A stretch of DNA of 64,000 nucleotides from a virus: positions 1,050 to 65,049 of IMG/VR virus record IMGVR_UViG_3300036832_000975. The stretch is one strand, 5' to 3'. Position 1 is the stretch's first letter. Every line of letters begins with the position of its first letter. Under the pieces are notes generated by a model that worked only from the letters and a program-made list of their open reading frames with translations, searched no databases and had not been told where the DNA came from. The position numbers were made by a program, and so were the translations under genes. Positions 21,921-30,547 of this stretch are shown one piece after another.

Positions 21921-24826
21921 CGCTTCGTGAACTCAACGATCTTGTTGTCGGGATCAGGTGCATTCGGCACGGCGACCGGTGACACCGCCTTTACCGCAAT
22001 TACGAAGCAGGGAATCGGGCTGCTATAGGTTCCTTTCTCTGCTCGCATGCGCTTCTTTACTGACGTGATCGTAACAAGCCCGGTCATCACAAGATGGTTT
22101 AATATGCCACCATAATCATGACGATGCTCGTTGCAGTAACTTCTGAACGGCCCAGTGCGTACGTATATCTCTGCTCTGGGTATTTCGTACCGTGCCTTGA
22201 ATTCGATATGCGCTGGTGCGTATAATATTTCGGGCTCGTTCCTGGTGTTCTTGTCAATACGGCACATGTTCGGATTGATCGCTTCCAGGTACTCACTGAG
22301 AATGGTCTCTGGCGTCACGTGCTCACGTTCGAGTTTAGCTGCACTTCGCATGGCGGGCACCTGCACGTTGACCAACCAATCCCACATGGCCTTGTAGCTG
22401 AACGGAAAATATCCCAGCTTGTTGCCTAGCTTGATCCCCAATAAGGCGGTGGCACAGGCGGCAGTCATGAAGCGCTCTTCTTGACCGGCGTTGATAGCGG
22501 CTTCGAACTGCCGCTGGATTTCGAGGAACTTTTCGCTGATCGCTTTGGTATGCGGCAAGCAACGACGTAGAAAATCTTCGCCGATCCAGCCGTAGTTCTT
22601 GAGAAGAAGACGCATGGCGGCGTCTGCTTCTATCTTTGTGCGAGTCGTGTTTCTATCCACATTGATTTCGAAGACGCGCATGATGCCGGCCTGACCGCCA
22701 GCACTATCGGCGTTGACCATCTGCACCAGCGACCTGTTGCTGGTGCAGATGGTCAGGTTCGACTTGTACCCGCCACGAGGATCACGGAAATCGCGGTTGC
22801 TTTTCAGGCTCCTGTATGATCCGGGCTGGCTGGCTGAGAGAGCGATCTCGTGCGCCACATCTGGTTCGAACCGGGTGATCTCGTCGCACATGAACGGCAC
22901 GTTGCGAAGGATCGCGCCGTGCTCCTGACGGGCCTTATCCGTGCTGTTGGATCGCAGGCCACTAATACAGTAAAGTTCAGGATGGCCCCATAAGCTAGCA
23001 GCGAAATATAAACCCGAGGTTTTTGACGAGCCGGTGTCTCCGGTCAGACAAATCAACATACCGTGTAGATTCGAGTACTTGAAAAAAGGAGTTGCCAGCG
23101 ATGCGCCAAGAATGAATTGTTGGGCCATATATTCTGGAGCGTCGTAGAAATTCATGAGCGCGATCTGTTGATGCAGATCACCCATGCGGTTCATGCCATC
23201 AGGTTGTGTATTCTTCGTCATTATGCATGGCACTACCGAGCCATCCACAATCGAGATTTTTCGACCGTGTAGAATGAACCACTCCTGGGTTCCAAGCTGC
23301 AATGGTTTTTCGATACCCTTTGCTTCTTGAAGAGTAGCTTCCCACCCGAGGTAATCGTATTGAGTGAGCGAGTCTTGGTACCTGTGCAGTTCTTTGAGAT
23401 AAGCTTGCATAAATACTTGCATTTGCTTGAGCTGTTTTGGAAGGACAATGATGTCCTTATTACGTAATGACGCTGCAATAGTCTTGATCTCCAGCTCAGC
23501 ATTCAGGATTTCGAATGTTTTCCATCCTTCGCGTGGAGTCTTATGGCACCAACGTGAGAGACAGTTTTCGTTGGAGGTTGCCTTGATCCAATGTACGGGG
23601 AATATCGGGTATTCGTAAACCAGACCTTTTTTCTTTTCTACGACTCCGTAGGTCATGTCCAGTGTGTAAGGTTTCGGCGGAGGGCATGGCGGCGTTGGTA
23701 CCTCGTTTTGATATACCGGTGAAAGCACGGGCGCCTCCGGCGCGTGCGTCTTCTCATAGACCACGTTGGCTATGAGAACCGGGTTCTTCGCCAGGTCTCG
23801 GTACGGGCAGCGTTCGCAGATCGCCGGATCGCCGCTGTTGTGATCGATCTTCTCGCACCCTGGTGGTGGCAGGGTCCAGGCGTCGAGCTTCTCTTGAGTC
23901 TCCTCTATGGTATAGTCCGGGTAGCCGCTGGACCACTCCTGAACTTTGGCTGGGCCCTCGTCACAGTATTTTATCGTGCCGATGCCGACGTGCCATTGCG
24001 GCTCGGTGATGTTCCCCTGGCTGTCACGGAACGTGCGCATGTGCTCGCAGACGTCAGCGACCTCGTCAGCCGGCGGGCGGCGGCCGTCCCAGGCGACGGA
24101 GAGTTCGGGGCTCGCATCCCCATTGGTGCGGGTTGCGTTCTTGCCGGGGCGGCTCGGGGTGTAGTCCTTGGTCAGCCAATCGAGCTGAGCCAGGAAGTCA
24201 CCCATGGGGGTCACTGCACCCTCGGCGATGAGTCCAACCTGACGTGGGTGATCCCGGTCCTTAAGGTTGAGCGTGCCGGGAACGCGCAGTACGCTGCTCT
24301 GATCGGTCGTTCGCATCGGGTCGACGTATAATTCGTGATGCCGGGCCAACCAAAAGAGTCGCGCCGCAGGCTCTTTCCAAGCCACGGACTCGATCGATGT
24401 GTCGATGATCCAGTGGACATGGATACCGTATCCTGAGTTCACCACGAACGGCGCCGGCAGGCAGGTCTCGAATAAAAATTTTTCTAGTGCATCAAGAACG
24501 TCACTCTGGGTAGCGTAGTGGTCCTTCGGGCCACCCGAGTCGATATCAAAAAAGAAGTCGCGAGCTTCACGCATGTTTTCGTGTGTTCGGAAAGTCTGGT
24601 GCTTCCCAGTCTTCGGATTCAGCTCGCGCACGCGCTTTAGCGCGTGTGGTGCAAAATATAAATCCTTGGATTGCTTCTTAGTTAAGATATAAGCTATGGC
24701 ATCATCGATGGTTTCGCATCCTCGATGTGCCATGACCTCGTCGCCGTTGGGCTTCACCCACGGAGTGGCAATGCAGTAGGGACCGCGCTCCGGCCATACC
24801 ATACTCAAGAATTTGCGCGTGTTCAT
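21917..24826 (-). CDS. AEP-type primase fused to DUF927/helicase-like domain
   Basis: FFFDIDSG, VNSGYGIHVHW, VLRVPGT (AEP motifs); PriCT-like W..W.S..Y and CERCPY; P-loop GDTGSSKT; MCDE. Confidence 0.85.
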   Translation of the reverse strand: MNTRKFLSMVWPERGPYCIATPWVKPNGDEVMAHRGCETIDDAIAYILTKKQSKDLYFAPHALKRVRELNPKTGKHQTFRTHENMREARDFFFDIDSGGPKDHYATQSDVLDALEKFLFETCLPAPFVVNSGYGIHVHWIIDTSIESVAWKEPAARLFWLARHHELYVDPMRTTDQSSVLRVPGTLNLKDRDHPRQVGLIAEGAVTPMGDFLAQLDWLTKDYTPSRPGKNATRTNGDASPELSVAWDGRRPPADEVADVCEHMRTFRDSQGNITEPQWHVGIGTIKYCDEGPAKVQEWSSGYPDYTIEETQEKLDAWTLPPPGCEKIDHNSGDPAICERCPYRDLAKNPVLIANVVYEKTHAPEAPVLSPVYQNEVPTPPCPPPKPYTLDMTYGVVEKKKGLVYEYPIFPVHWIKATSNENCLSRWCHKTPREGWKTFEILNAELEIKTIAASLRNKDIIVLPKQLKQMQVFMQAYLKELHRYQDSLTQYDYLGWEATLQEAKGIEKPLQLGTQEWFILHGRKISIVDGSVVPCIMTKNTQPDGMNRMGDLHQQIALMNFYDAPEYMAQQFILGASLATPFFKYSNLHGMLICLTGDTGSSKTSGLYFAASLWGHPELYCISGLRSNSTDKARQEHGAILRNVPFMCDEITRFEPDVAHEIALSASQPGSYRSLKSNRDFRDPRGGYKSNLTICTSNRSLVQMVNADSAGGQAGIMRVFEINVDRNTTRTKIEADAAMRLLLKNYGWIGEDFLRRCLPHTKAISEKFLEIQRQFEAAINAGQEERFMTAACATALLGIKLGNKLGYFPFSYKAMWDWLVNVQVPAMRSAAKLEREHVTPETILSEYLEAINPNMCRIDKNTRNEPEILYAPAHIEFKARYEIPRAEIYVRTGPFRSYCNEHRHDYGGILNHLVMTGLVTITSVKKRMRAEKGTYSSPIPCFVIAVKAVSPVAVPNAPDPDNKIVEFTKR

Positions 24827-25146
24827 GAGTCACGCTCCTGCAGTATAGCTTTGAAAAGCATAAGATATACGATGAGGTCGTCGGCCCGACCTGCGAGACT
24901 TTCCATGCGCGTGCGAGTCTTACCGGCGAGGACATCGGCGCAATATTGCGTGATGGCGTCATAGTGCTTGCTAGCATAGACCGCCCAGATGACCTCCATT
25001 GGCAGGCCCAGACGCTCGCCGTTGCGTTTGAAGTTCTCCAGGCGATCATGATCGCCAGCGTATTCTCCGCCCTTTTTCTTGCCAAGCTCGGTGATGGTTT
25101 CCCAGGTCTGGGTGACGAGCTTGTCATAAGTACTCTGGTCAATCAT
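24823..25146 (-). CDS. All-alpha NTP pyrophosphohydrolase-like protein (Nmad1/DUF1599-like)
   Basis: KKGGEYA..DRLENF..KH..I..ESLAGRADDLIVYL.L pattern. Confidence 0.55.
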   Translation of the reverse strand: MIDQSTYDKLVTQTWETITELGKKKGGEYAGDHDRLENFKRNGERLGLPMEVIWAVYASKHYDAITQYCADVLAGKTRTRMESLAGRADDLIVYLMLFKAILQERDS

Positions 25147-25190
25147 GATGAAATCACCCTTATCTTCTAGAGGGATGCTGAAGACTACAA

Positions 25191-25221
25191 CACCCCCCGC
25201 TCGTATGAAGAGCGGAGGGTG
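25191..25221 (-). terminator. GC-rich hairpin downstream of the SSB-like gene (weak terminator or stabiliser)
   Basis: CACCCCCCGCTC-GTATGAA-GAGCGGAGGGTG; only a poor U tract. Confidence 0.35.
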
Positions 25222-25259
25222 CGGAAATCCGAAGAGACCGAAGGCTAACGCGTCAAGAG

Positions 25260-26378
25260 TCAGTCGTCATCCCAGTCCTTGAGAATATTGTCGACTGGTA
25301 GTGGGGCAGGAGCAGGAGCCCGGCCTGCCGCAATCGCAACAGCGGGCTCTTCTTCATCATCGTCTTCCAGCACGGCAGCCCTGCGCGCTGAGGCGGCGGC
25401 AGTAGCAGCGTCGATCTTCTTCTGAGCTGCTGTCTTGGCCTTCCCCCCCGCTGGAGGAGACGGCGTGGCAGCAGGTGCTGGCGTAGGCGCTGGTGCCGGC
25501 GTAGCTGGCTTCGCTGTGGGCTGCTGCAGGATCACCTCCTCGTCATCGTCAGCCTCGTCTTCCTCGGTGATACCCGGCGGGCGCGCGCCGGCATTACCGA
25601 AGCCGGTGAAGTCGGTCTTGAGCAGATCGTCGAGGTTGCCCGACGCGGCGATTTCCGCGCACGTTGCTGCCTCCTCTTCGCTCAACCACCGGCCGGGGGA
25701 GAACCACAGCTTCGGGTAGCTTTTGGTGTTGTCGAACCGGAGCTTCGTGGTCAGGCTGTAGGTGAACGGCACCGATTTCGACTTGAGAAAATTGAGGTAG
25801 TTCGTGAACGCGAACATGCCTTTGGCTTGAGCTTCTTTGTTCAGGCCGTCGAAGTCGGAGGTCTGTGGAATCTTCAGGCGAAGAAGCGGCGCCGCGCCCA
25901 GATCGCGGCTCTTCGGGACGATCGCCAGGTTACGGTGCACGGCGCACGCCGCGGCCGCCTTTCCCTGGTCGGTCTGTCGCGAGCCTTTGACGGCTTGCGG
26001 ACAGACGTTGCACTTTTCGGACTGGCGTGCCGTCGAGCTCGGGCTCGATGTGATCCCGTCGTTGGACCAGCAGTCCGGCGCGCTCTCCTGATTCGGATCG
26101 TAAGCACGTCCGCCGTAGTAGGCGCGCCCGCGATTCTCATTGTAGGCGATGATCACGATGTCCAAGGTCTGGATCAGCTCCTCCTCACCATCGGCATTGG
26201 TTCGCATCAGCGGTCGCTTGGAGCCGTCGATGTTGATCGTCCAGACCTTGCCAGGGAACGTCAAGGTATTGACCTGACCACGAGTCACGATGTTGCTGGT
26301 GCCGGCCGCTTGGGCTTCTTTGACGTGTGCCGGCGTCTGGGCCGGATCGAAGATTGCCATAGGGTTGTTATTGACCAT
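25260..26378 (-). CDS. Putative ssDNA-binding protein with Cys cluster and acidic tail
   Basis: Likely start ATG 26378 (AAGGA SD); CWSNDG..C..CPQ...GS..AC Cys motif; Ala/Pro linker; ends DNILKDWDDD. Confidence 0.65.
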   Translation of the reverse strand: MVNNNPMAIFDPAQTPAHVKEAQAAGTSNIVTRGQVNTLTFPGKVWTINIDGSKRPLMRTNADGEEELIQTLDIVIIAYNENRGRAYYGGRAYDPNQESAPDCWSNDGITSSPSSTARQSEKCNVCPQAVKGSRQTDQGKAAAACAVHRNLAIVPKSRDLGAAPLLRLKIPQTSDFDGLNKEAQAKGMFAFTNYLNFLKSKSVPFTYSLTTKLRFDNTKSYPKLWFSPGRWLSEEEAATCAEIAASGNLDDLLKTDFTGFGNAGARPPGITEEDEADDDEEVILQQPTAKPATPAPAPTPAPAATPSPPAGGKAKTAAQKKIDAATAAASARRAAVLEDDDEEEPAVAIAAGRAPAPAPLPVDNILKDWDDD

Positions 26379-26481
26379 GTTGAGCGTGTCCTTTATTGTT
26401 TGTGGTGCTTGTTCCAAAGTTGGATCGGGGTCCTGGTCGGAACAGGTCCAGGACCCAGGTGTTACATTTTGTAACACTTTT

Positions 26482-26919
26482 TTACTTGCGCCGAATCGTA
26501 ACCTCCCACTCCCTCAGTACAGTTATTCCAGTGGGCAGCTCGTCGGCGTTATCCGCCATGTAATCTACAATGAACGATTTCTTGACGCGCTTTTCGAGTG
26601 CATCGAACGCATCGTTCTCGGCAATCCAGGCGTAGAACGCAGTCCAGTCTTCGCAGCTGGGTTTGAGAGCAAGCGACTTGTATACCGTGCCATACTTAGT
26701 ACGGGCGCTCTCGACACCTAAAGCCTGCAGTGTCTCCAAGCAGAAACTCTCAAGAGTTTCGAGCTGAGCTTTCAGCTTGAGGTCTGCATCCTCGTACTCT
26801 TTCTTCAGCTCGCTTCGCTTGTCTCTGATCTTGACATAGGTCGCTGCGACCTTGTCGAGCTTCACCTGCATCTCTGGCGCAGGTTTTCCCTTCAGGCTCA
26901 GTTTCGTTTGGTCGGACAT
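26482..26919 (-). CDS. Conserved phage replication-module protein (Gp157/Gam-like coiled coil)
   Basis: Start ATG 26919 with GGAG SD; YVKIRD..GVESARTKYGTVY..DW.AFY.WI..LEKRV. Confidence 0.6.
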   Translation of the reverse strand: MSDQTKLSLKGKPAPEMQVKLDKVAATYVKIRDKRSELKKEYEDADLKLKAQLETLESFCLETLQALGVESARTKYGTVYKSLALKPSCEDWTAFYAWIAENDAFDALEKRVKKSFIVDYMADNADELPTGITVLREWEVTIRRK

Positions 26920-26921
26920 TT

Positions 26922-27040
26922 GTATCTCCGTTGTTAGTAAACCTAGGTCTTGGTTAGTCCCAGTCCAAAGACCGGTTAGTTCAAATACTGCTATATCATA
27001 AGCATAACCCGCCTCCTCTCTCGTGTCAAAGCTCCACCTC
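26922..27040 (-). pseudogene. Remnant of an AP2 DNA-binding domain
   Basis: SFDTREEAGYAYDIAVFELTG..TNQDLGLL matches the AP2 C-terminal half F.T.EEAA.AYD.AA..L.G...N. Confidence 0.6.
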
Positions 27041-27061
27041 TTTTTCTGACTGGTAGTAGCT

Positions 27062-29380
27062 TCATGACGCGATGACTCGTTCATACAAACGAAGGATGCT
27101 ATCTTGATTTAACGCACGATTATCTAATAGGTTGTAAATTTCTCGCTCAAAGTCATTCGCAAATAAGCGGACCACCGTCATTTTCCTCGTCTGTCCCGCG
27201 CGATTGAATCGTTCGATTACTTGCGCGTATTGGTCGTGACTGTAGATAGGTGCGAAGAAGATCGTGGTGTCGGCCTCCGTCAGGTTTAGTCCATGGGCCA
27301 TGACCCTGGGGTGGCACAGCAATACCCGCGGGTCAGGGCCCGATTTGAAGTTACGAATGATCCGATTGCGGTCCCTGATACTGACATCGCCGTTGAGAAC
27401 TGCAAGGCTAAATTTATGCGCCGCCAATTCGGTTTCCAACAACCGGGTGATTCCCTTGAACGGAACGACTACGATCACCTTGGCTGTGGCTTGATTGATC
27501 GTAGCGATCAGCTCATTGAGCCTGGTTGAATGGTCGATGGTTTCGTACGTGTCATCCTCTTTATTTTTTACTGACCCGCAATTATGTACAATCATCAGTT
27601 CGCCATACTGGCCACGAACAACGAAGCGAGATCGTGGGCCACAATTCAGGATGTCCATAACTCGTGCGGACGTTTGTTCGCTGCCTGCTCTTTTGCGGTC
27701 GCCCAGCAACAGTTCGCTTTGCAATATGGACCATTGTTGTTGATCCGTTCGATTGACAATCCCGGAGCATACCCACTCGACATGTCCTCCCAGAAGTTCT
27801 CGAATGACCACATCCATCTGATGCAGACCTCGATCCCACGCGCGCCGTAGTTTTTGTAATCCTTGAAGGTAGGATCGGTGCATCGACGACGTAAGTGTAT
27901 CCAAATGCGGTAAGGTCGTGAGCGACTCATTGCATGGGTTGTTATCCATTCGCCATGCCGGCACCCACAGTGCTTGGCATTCGGTCGTTTGGTTGTTCGT
28001 AAGCTCTGGCTTTCGCGTGTGACCTTGCGGCCACAATCGCAGCGGCACAACCATATCGCTTTCTGCGATGATCCTATCGTCGTACCAGCACGCTTCAGAA
28101 CGGTGAGGTAGCCGAACCGGAGCCCGGTTAAATCGATCGCCGGATATGACACAAAGCACCTCGTGCTCACTTGTTAAGTAAACCCCATTAGAGAGTGTTA
28201 CATTCTGTAACCCTTTATCAAGTACTCCTTCATGAGCTACCCACTCCACGCCGTCCCAAAGCTGATCAGTCAGTGCGACGTGTTGGATGGGAATCCAACC
28301 ACGCTGCGTGAGGACTGGTGTATCGATTGCAATGCAGCAAATCTGTCTGAGCTTGTTGAGCGCATCGGCGGCATTAACAGCAGTAATCTTTACCGTCTTG
28401 TGCTGCAGGATCATGTACTCGCGCATGAGCCTGAATGCTTTTTGTTGATCTGTCGTGAGTTGAGTCTGGCGGTTGCTGACGGTTAATGGTGGTAAGCTTA
28501 TGCAGTCCTTCTTGCAAATGCGAAACGCAGGCTGTAACGCATTGAACACGATCTGTTCGTGCCCGTTTACGGGGTTCCATTTATGCTGGCTCACCTGTCG
28601 CATCGTCATGCGGCGGAACGCACCGAAGAACTTCGGCACCCGATCCGGGCAGACCAGTCGCGCGAGCGCCCAGGCATCGGTTGGCCAGTTGGGACATGGA
28701 GTCCCCGTCAATAACCATACCCGTTTCTTGTTCTCGATGGCCCATGCGAAGAACCTGTAGGAGATGTTCCGACTGTTGCGAAAGAAGCTTGCCTCATCAA
28801 GGATAATAAGATCGATATCTTTTCGCCGGCGTACCGCCGTCGCGACTTCTTTATGAGCGATCATGTCGTGGTTGGCGATGTAGAAATCTACGTCCATGTT
28901 GAACGCATTGAGTCGGTACTCACGCGTGCCGTGGGTGACCACAGATGAACGATGCATCAGAATATCGAAAATATCTTGCTGCCAGATGGTTTCGAGAATG
29001 GACAGCGGCGCGAGGATCAACACCTTATGCACTTCGCCGATCGACTTGAGATAGTCGGCCGCCCACAGCGCTGAGAAGCTCTTGCCGACGCCCATCTCGG
29101 AAAGGTTGAGCCCCTTGGGATTGCGAGTATGAAAATCCGCCATCGGTCTTTGATGTGTGAAGGGCGTGTATTTGCCCGGCCAGTCGTATTGATAGAGGAT
29201 CGGCGATGGTACGTTGATCCCCAGCTCGTTGAGCCTGAGCGTGGTCTCGAACGTGTGCTTGATCTGGACGTTGCCTTCGTTGGCGTCGATCATCCGACTG
29301 AGACGGGGAAAGAACGTAAGGATACGCGATGGATTGCGTAGCTTTAGCAGGATGCTTTTGGTTGGTTCGTGGATCATCAT
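27062..29380 (-). CDS. SNF2-family SF2 helicase interrupted by an intein
   Basis: EMGVGKS (I), IILDEAS (II), LTGTP (III), AHGLNLT (V), QVIERFNRAGQ (VI); removing the intein gives KLRQICCGSV. Confidence 0.92.
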   Translation of the reverse strand: MMIHEPTKSILLKLRNPSRILTFFPRLSRMIDANEGNVQIKHTFETTLRLNELGINVPSPILYQYDWPGKYTPFTHQRPMADFHTRNPKGLNLSEMGVGKSFSALWAADYLKSIGEVHKVLILAPLSILETIWQQDIFDILMHRSSVVTHGTREYRLNAFNMDVDFYIANHDMIAHKEVATAVRRRKDIDLIILDEASFFRNSRNISYRFFAWAIENKKRVWLLTGTPCPNWPTDAWALARLVCPDRVPKFFGAFRRMTMRQVSQHKWNPVNGHEQIVFNALQPAFRICKKDCISLPPLTVSNRQTQLTTDQQKAFRLMREYMILQHKTVKITAVNAADALNKLRQICCIAIDTPVLTQRGWIPIQHVALTDQLWDGVEWVAHEGVLDKGLQNVTLSNGVYLTSEHEVLCVISGDRFNRAPVRLPHRSEACWYDDRIIAESDMVVPLRLWPQGHTRKPELTNNQTTECQALWVPAWRMDNNPCNESLTTLPHLDTLTSSMHRSYLQGLQKLRRAWDRGLHQMDVVIRELLGGHVEWVCSGIVNRTDQQQWSILQSELLLGDRKRAGSEQTSARVMDILNCGPRSRFVVRGQYGELMIVHNCGSVKNKEDDTYETIDHSTRLNELIATINQATAKVIVVVPFKGITRLLETELAAHKFSLAVLNGDVSIRDRNRIIRNFKSGPDPRVLLCHPRVMAHGLNLTEADTTIFFAPIYSHDQYAQVIERFNRAGQTRKMTVVRLFANDFEREIYNLLDNRALNQDSILRLYERVIAS
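27581..28336 (-). mobile_element. 252-aa intein in the helicase
   Basis: Block A CIAIDTPVLTQRGWIPIQHV..D.LWDG; block B LTSEH; block F VMDILNCGPRSRFVV; block G IVHN followed by +1 Cys. Confidence 0.92.
27646..28152 (-). CDS. HNH homing endonuclease overprinted (+1 frame) inside the intein
   Basis: IDLTGLRFGYLTV, WLCRCDCG, CGC, YRIW...RRC...Y.NYGARGIEVC.RW, SIERINNNGPY...NC.WAT.KEQ..NKR; GTG 28152 with GAGGT SD (track start 28170). Confidence 0.9.
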   Translation of the reverse strand: MSYPAIDLTGLRFGYLTVLKRAGTTIGSSQKAIWLCRCDCGRKVTRESQSLRTTKRPNAKHCGCRHGEWITTHAMSRSRPYRIWIHLRRRCTDPTFKDYKNYGARGIEVCIRWMWSFENFWEDMSSGYAPGLSIERINNNGPYCKANCCWATAKEQAANKRPHELWTS

Positions 29381-29408
29381 ACTCAGTTACTTTCTATTTG
29401 TTAGTATA

Positions 29409-29807
29409 CTAGTTTATACCTCGGGGGGTTTGCCACTTTATGAGCTCACTAAACCCATAAAGCTTGCGAATATTACGCCCGGTGTGATTTGGTGGCCATG
29501 CCTGTTGGCATGTCAGTACTTCGCGTAATCTATCGATATTGGTTTCATCCACCAGAAAGGCGTAGTGCCCTGCTTCGTGAATCATTGTAAGAAACACGAG
29601 TTGCAGTGCAGTTGGCGCATCGTCGTATTTGGTCTCTATTGCCATAAACTGCTTGGGCCACTTCACAGCAAGGAAATCGCTCACACCGCTCCGGCCAAAT
29701 GCACCTGCGCTCGGCATCCAGAATTTCCACCCGGTATCGGTGAGAATTCCACGCACCTGTTGCTTGATGTAATGCTCAGTCTGGTTGCTGGGTTTTGGCT
29801 TTCTCAT
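29409..29807 (-). CDS. VRR-NUC-like nuclease
   Basis: E..IKQQV, GRSGVSDF, MAIETK, PTALQ..F, AG motifs. Confidence 0.8.
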   Translation of the reverse strand: MRKPKPSNQTEHYIKQQVRGILTDTGWKFWMPSAGAFGRSGVSDFLAVKWPKQFMAIETKYDDAPTALQLVFLTMIHEAGHYAFLVDETNIDRLREVLTCQQAWPPNHTGRNIRKLYGFSELIKWQTPRGIN

Positions 29808-30064
29808 GTTTCAGTCTCACTGTGATGGCGCACCTCGATAGGATCGAGGTGCGCCTGATGGAGTTAAACGACAACCGAGAATCCGACGACGCGTGCACGC
29901 ATGCCGGGGTATTATTCTTGCGCTCGACCGTATATGGTGCGAGGTTGTGCGCCTGAAGTACAAGGTGTAGGCGCGGATACGGATATCGCCGTACCGCTTC
30001 TTGTCGAAGATGCGGCGTAACTTGCATAGCGAAGCTCGTTGTTCCTGATGTAGGAGCGAGATGT

Positions 30065-30547
30065 CTAGATTTCATTTGGGTATCTCCTTTTTAAGTAGGC
30101 AAAAAACTTTTGCCTGGTTTCATTATTCATATGCTTTACGTAGCCTGTCATCTGGTCGTAAAGCTCTTGCTGCCATTCTTCATCTACCTCCTCTTGAGTT
30201 GGAATGTCCTCCTCCTTTGGTTCGGGCCTAGGTTTAGACTTTGCCGAGTAGCTCTTGCCATCACGGCCGGTGATCTTGTCAGGTGCAAACTGGTTTGCAC
30301 CTGAGTACTGGTGTTCACCTGATTTACGCGCCTTTTGAACACCTGATTGGCTGATACCTAGATCAGCCGCCGCCTGGCGTGTGGACTTGCCTGGATTGGC
30401 CTTGTCGTACGCGGTGACACGTCGTACCGCCGGTACGTAGGGCGCTCCACATCTACAAGTGCCTTCGCCATCAGCACCACAAGTAGAGCAGACGAGCTTC
30501 GTATGGATTGGAAGTGGGACTACTTTCGCCATGTGCTTCTCCTTCAT
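30065..30547 (-). CDS. Zn-ribbon plus helix-turn-helix DNA-binding protein
   Basis: CSTCG..CRCG; STRQAAADLGISQSGVQKAR; GRDGKSY. Confidence 0.7.
   Translation of the reverse strand: MKEKHMAKVVPLPIHTKLVCSTCGADGEGTCRCGAPYVPAVRRVTAYDKANPGKSTRQAAADLGISQSGVQKARKSGEHQYSGANQFAPDKITGRDGKSYSAKSKPRPEPKEEDIPTQEEVDEEWQQELYDQMTGYVKHMNNETRQKFFAYLKRRYPNEI

Noticed and set aside
25178-25227. CTGAAGA ... GAAA as a third hammerhead
   Set aside because: Stem II does not pair and no stems I/III or NUH site can be built.
29850-29890. CTGATGG after the 13-bp hairpin as a hammerhead core
   Set aside because: Core is not CUGANGA and there is no correctly placed GAAA.
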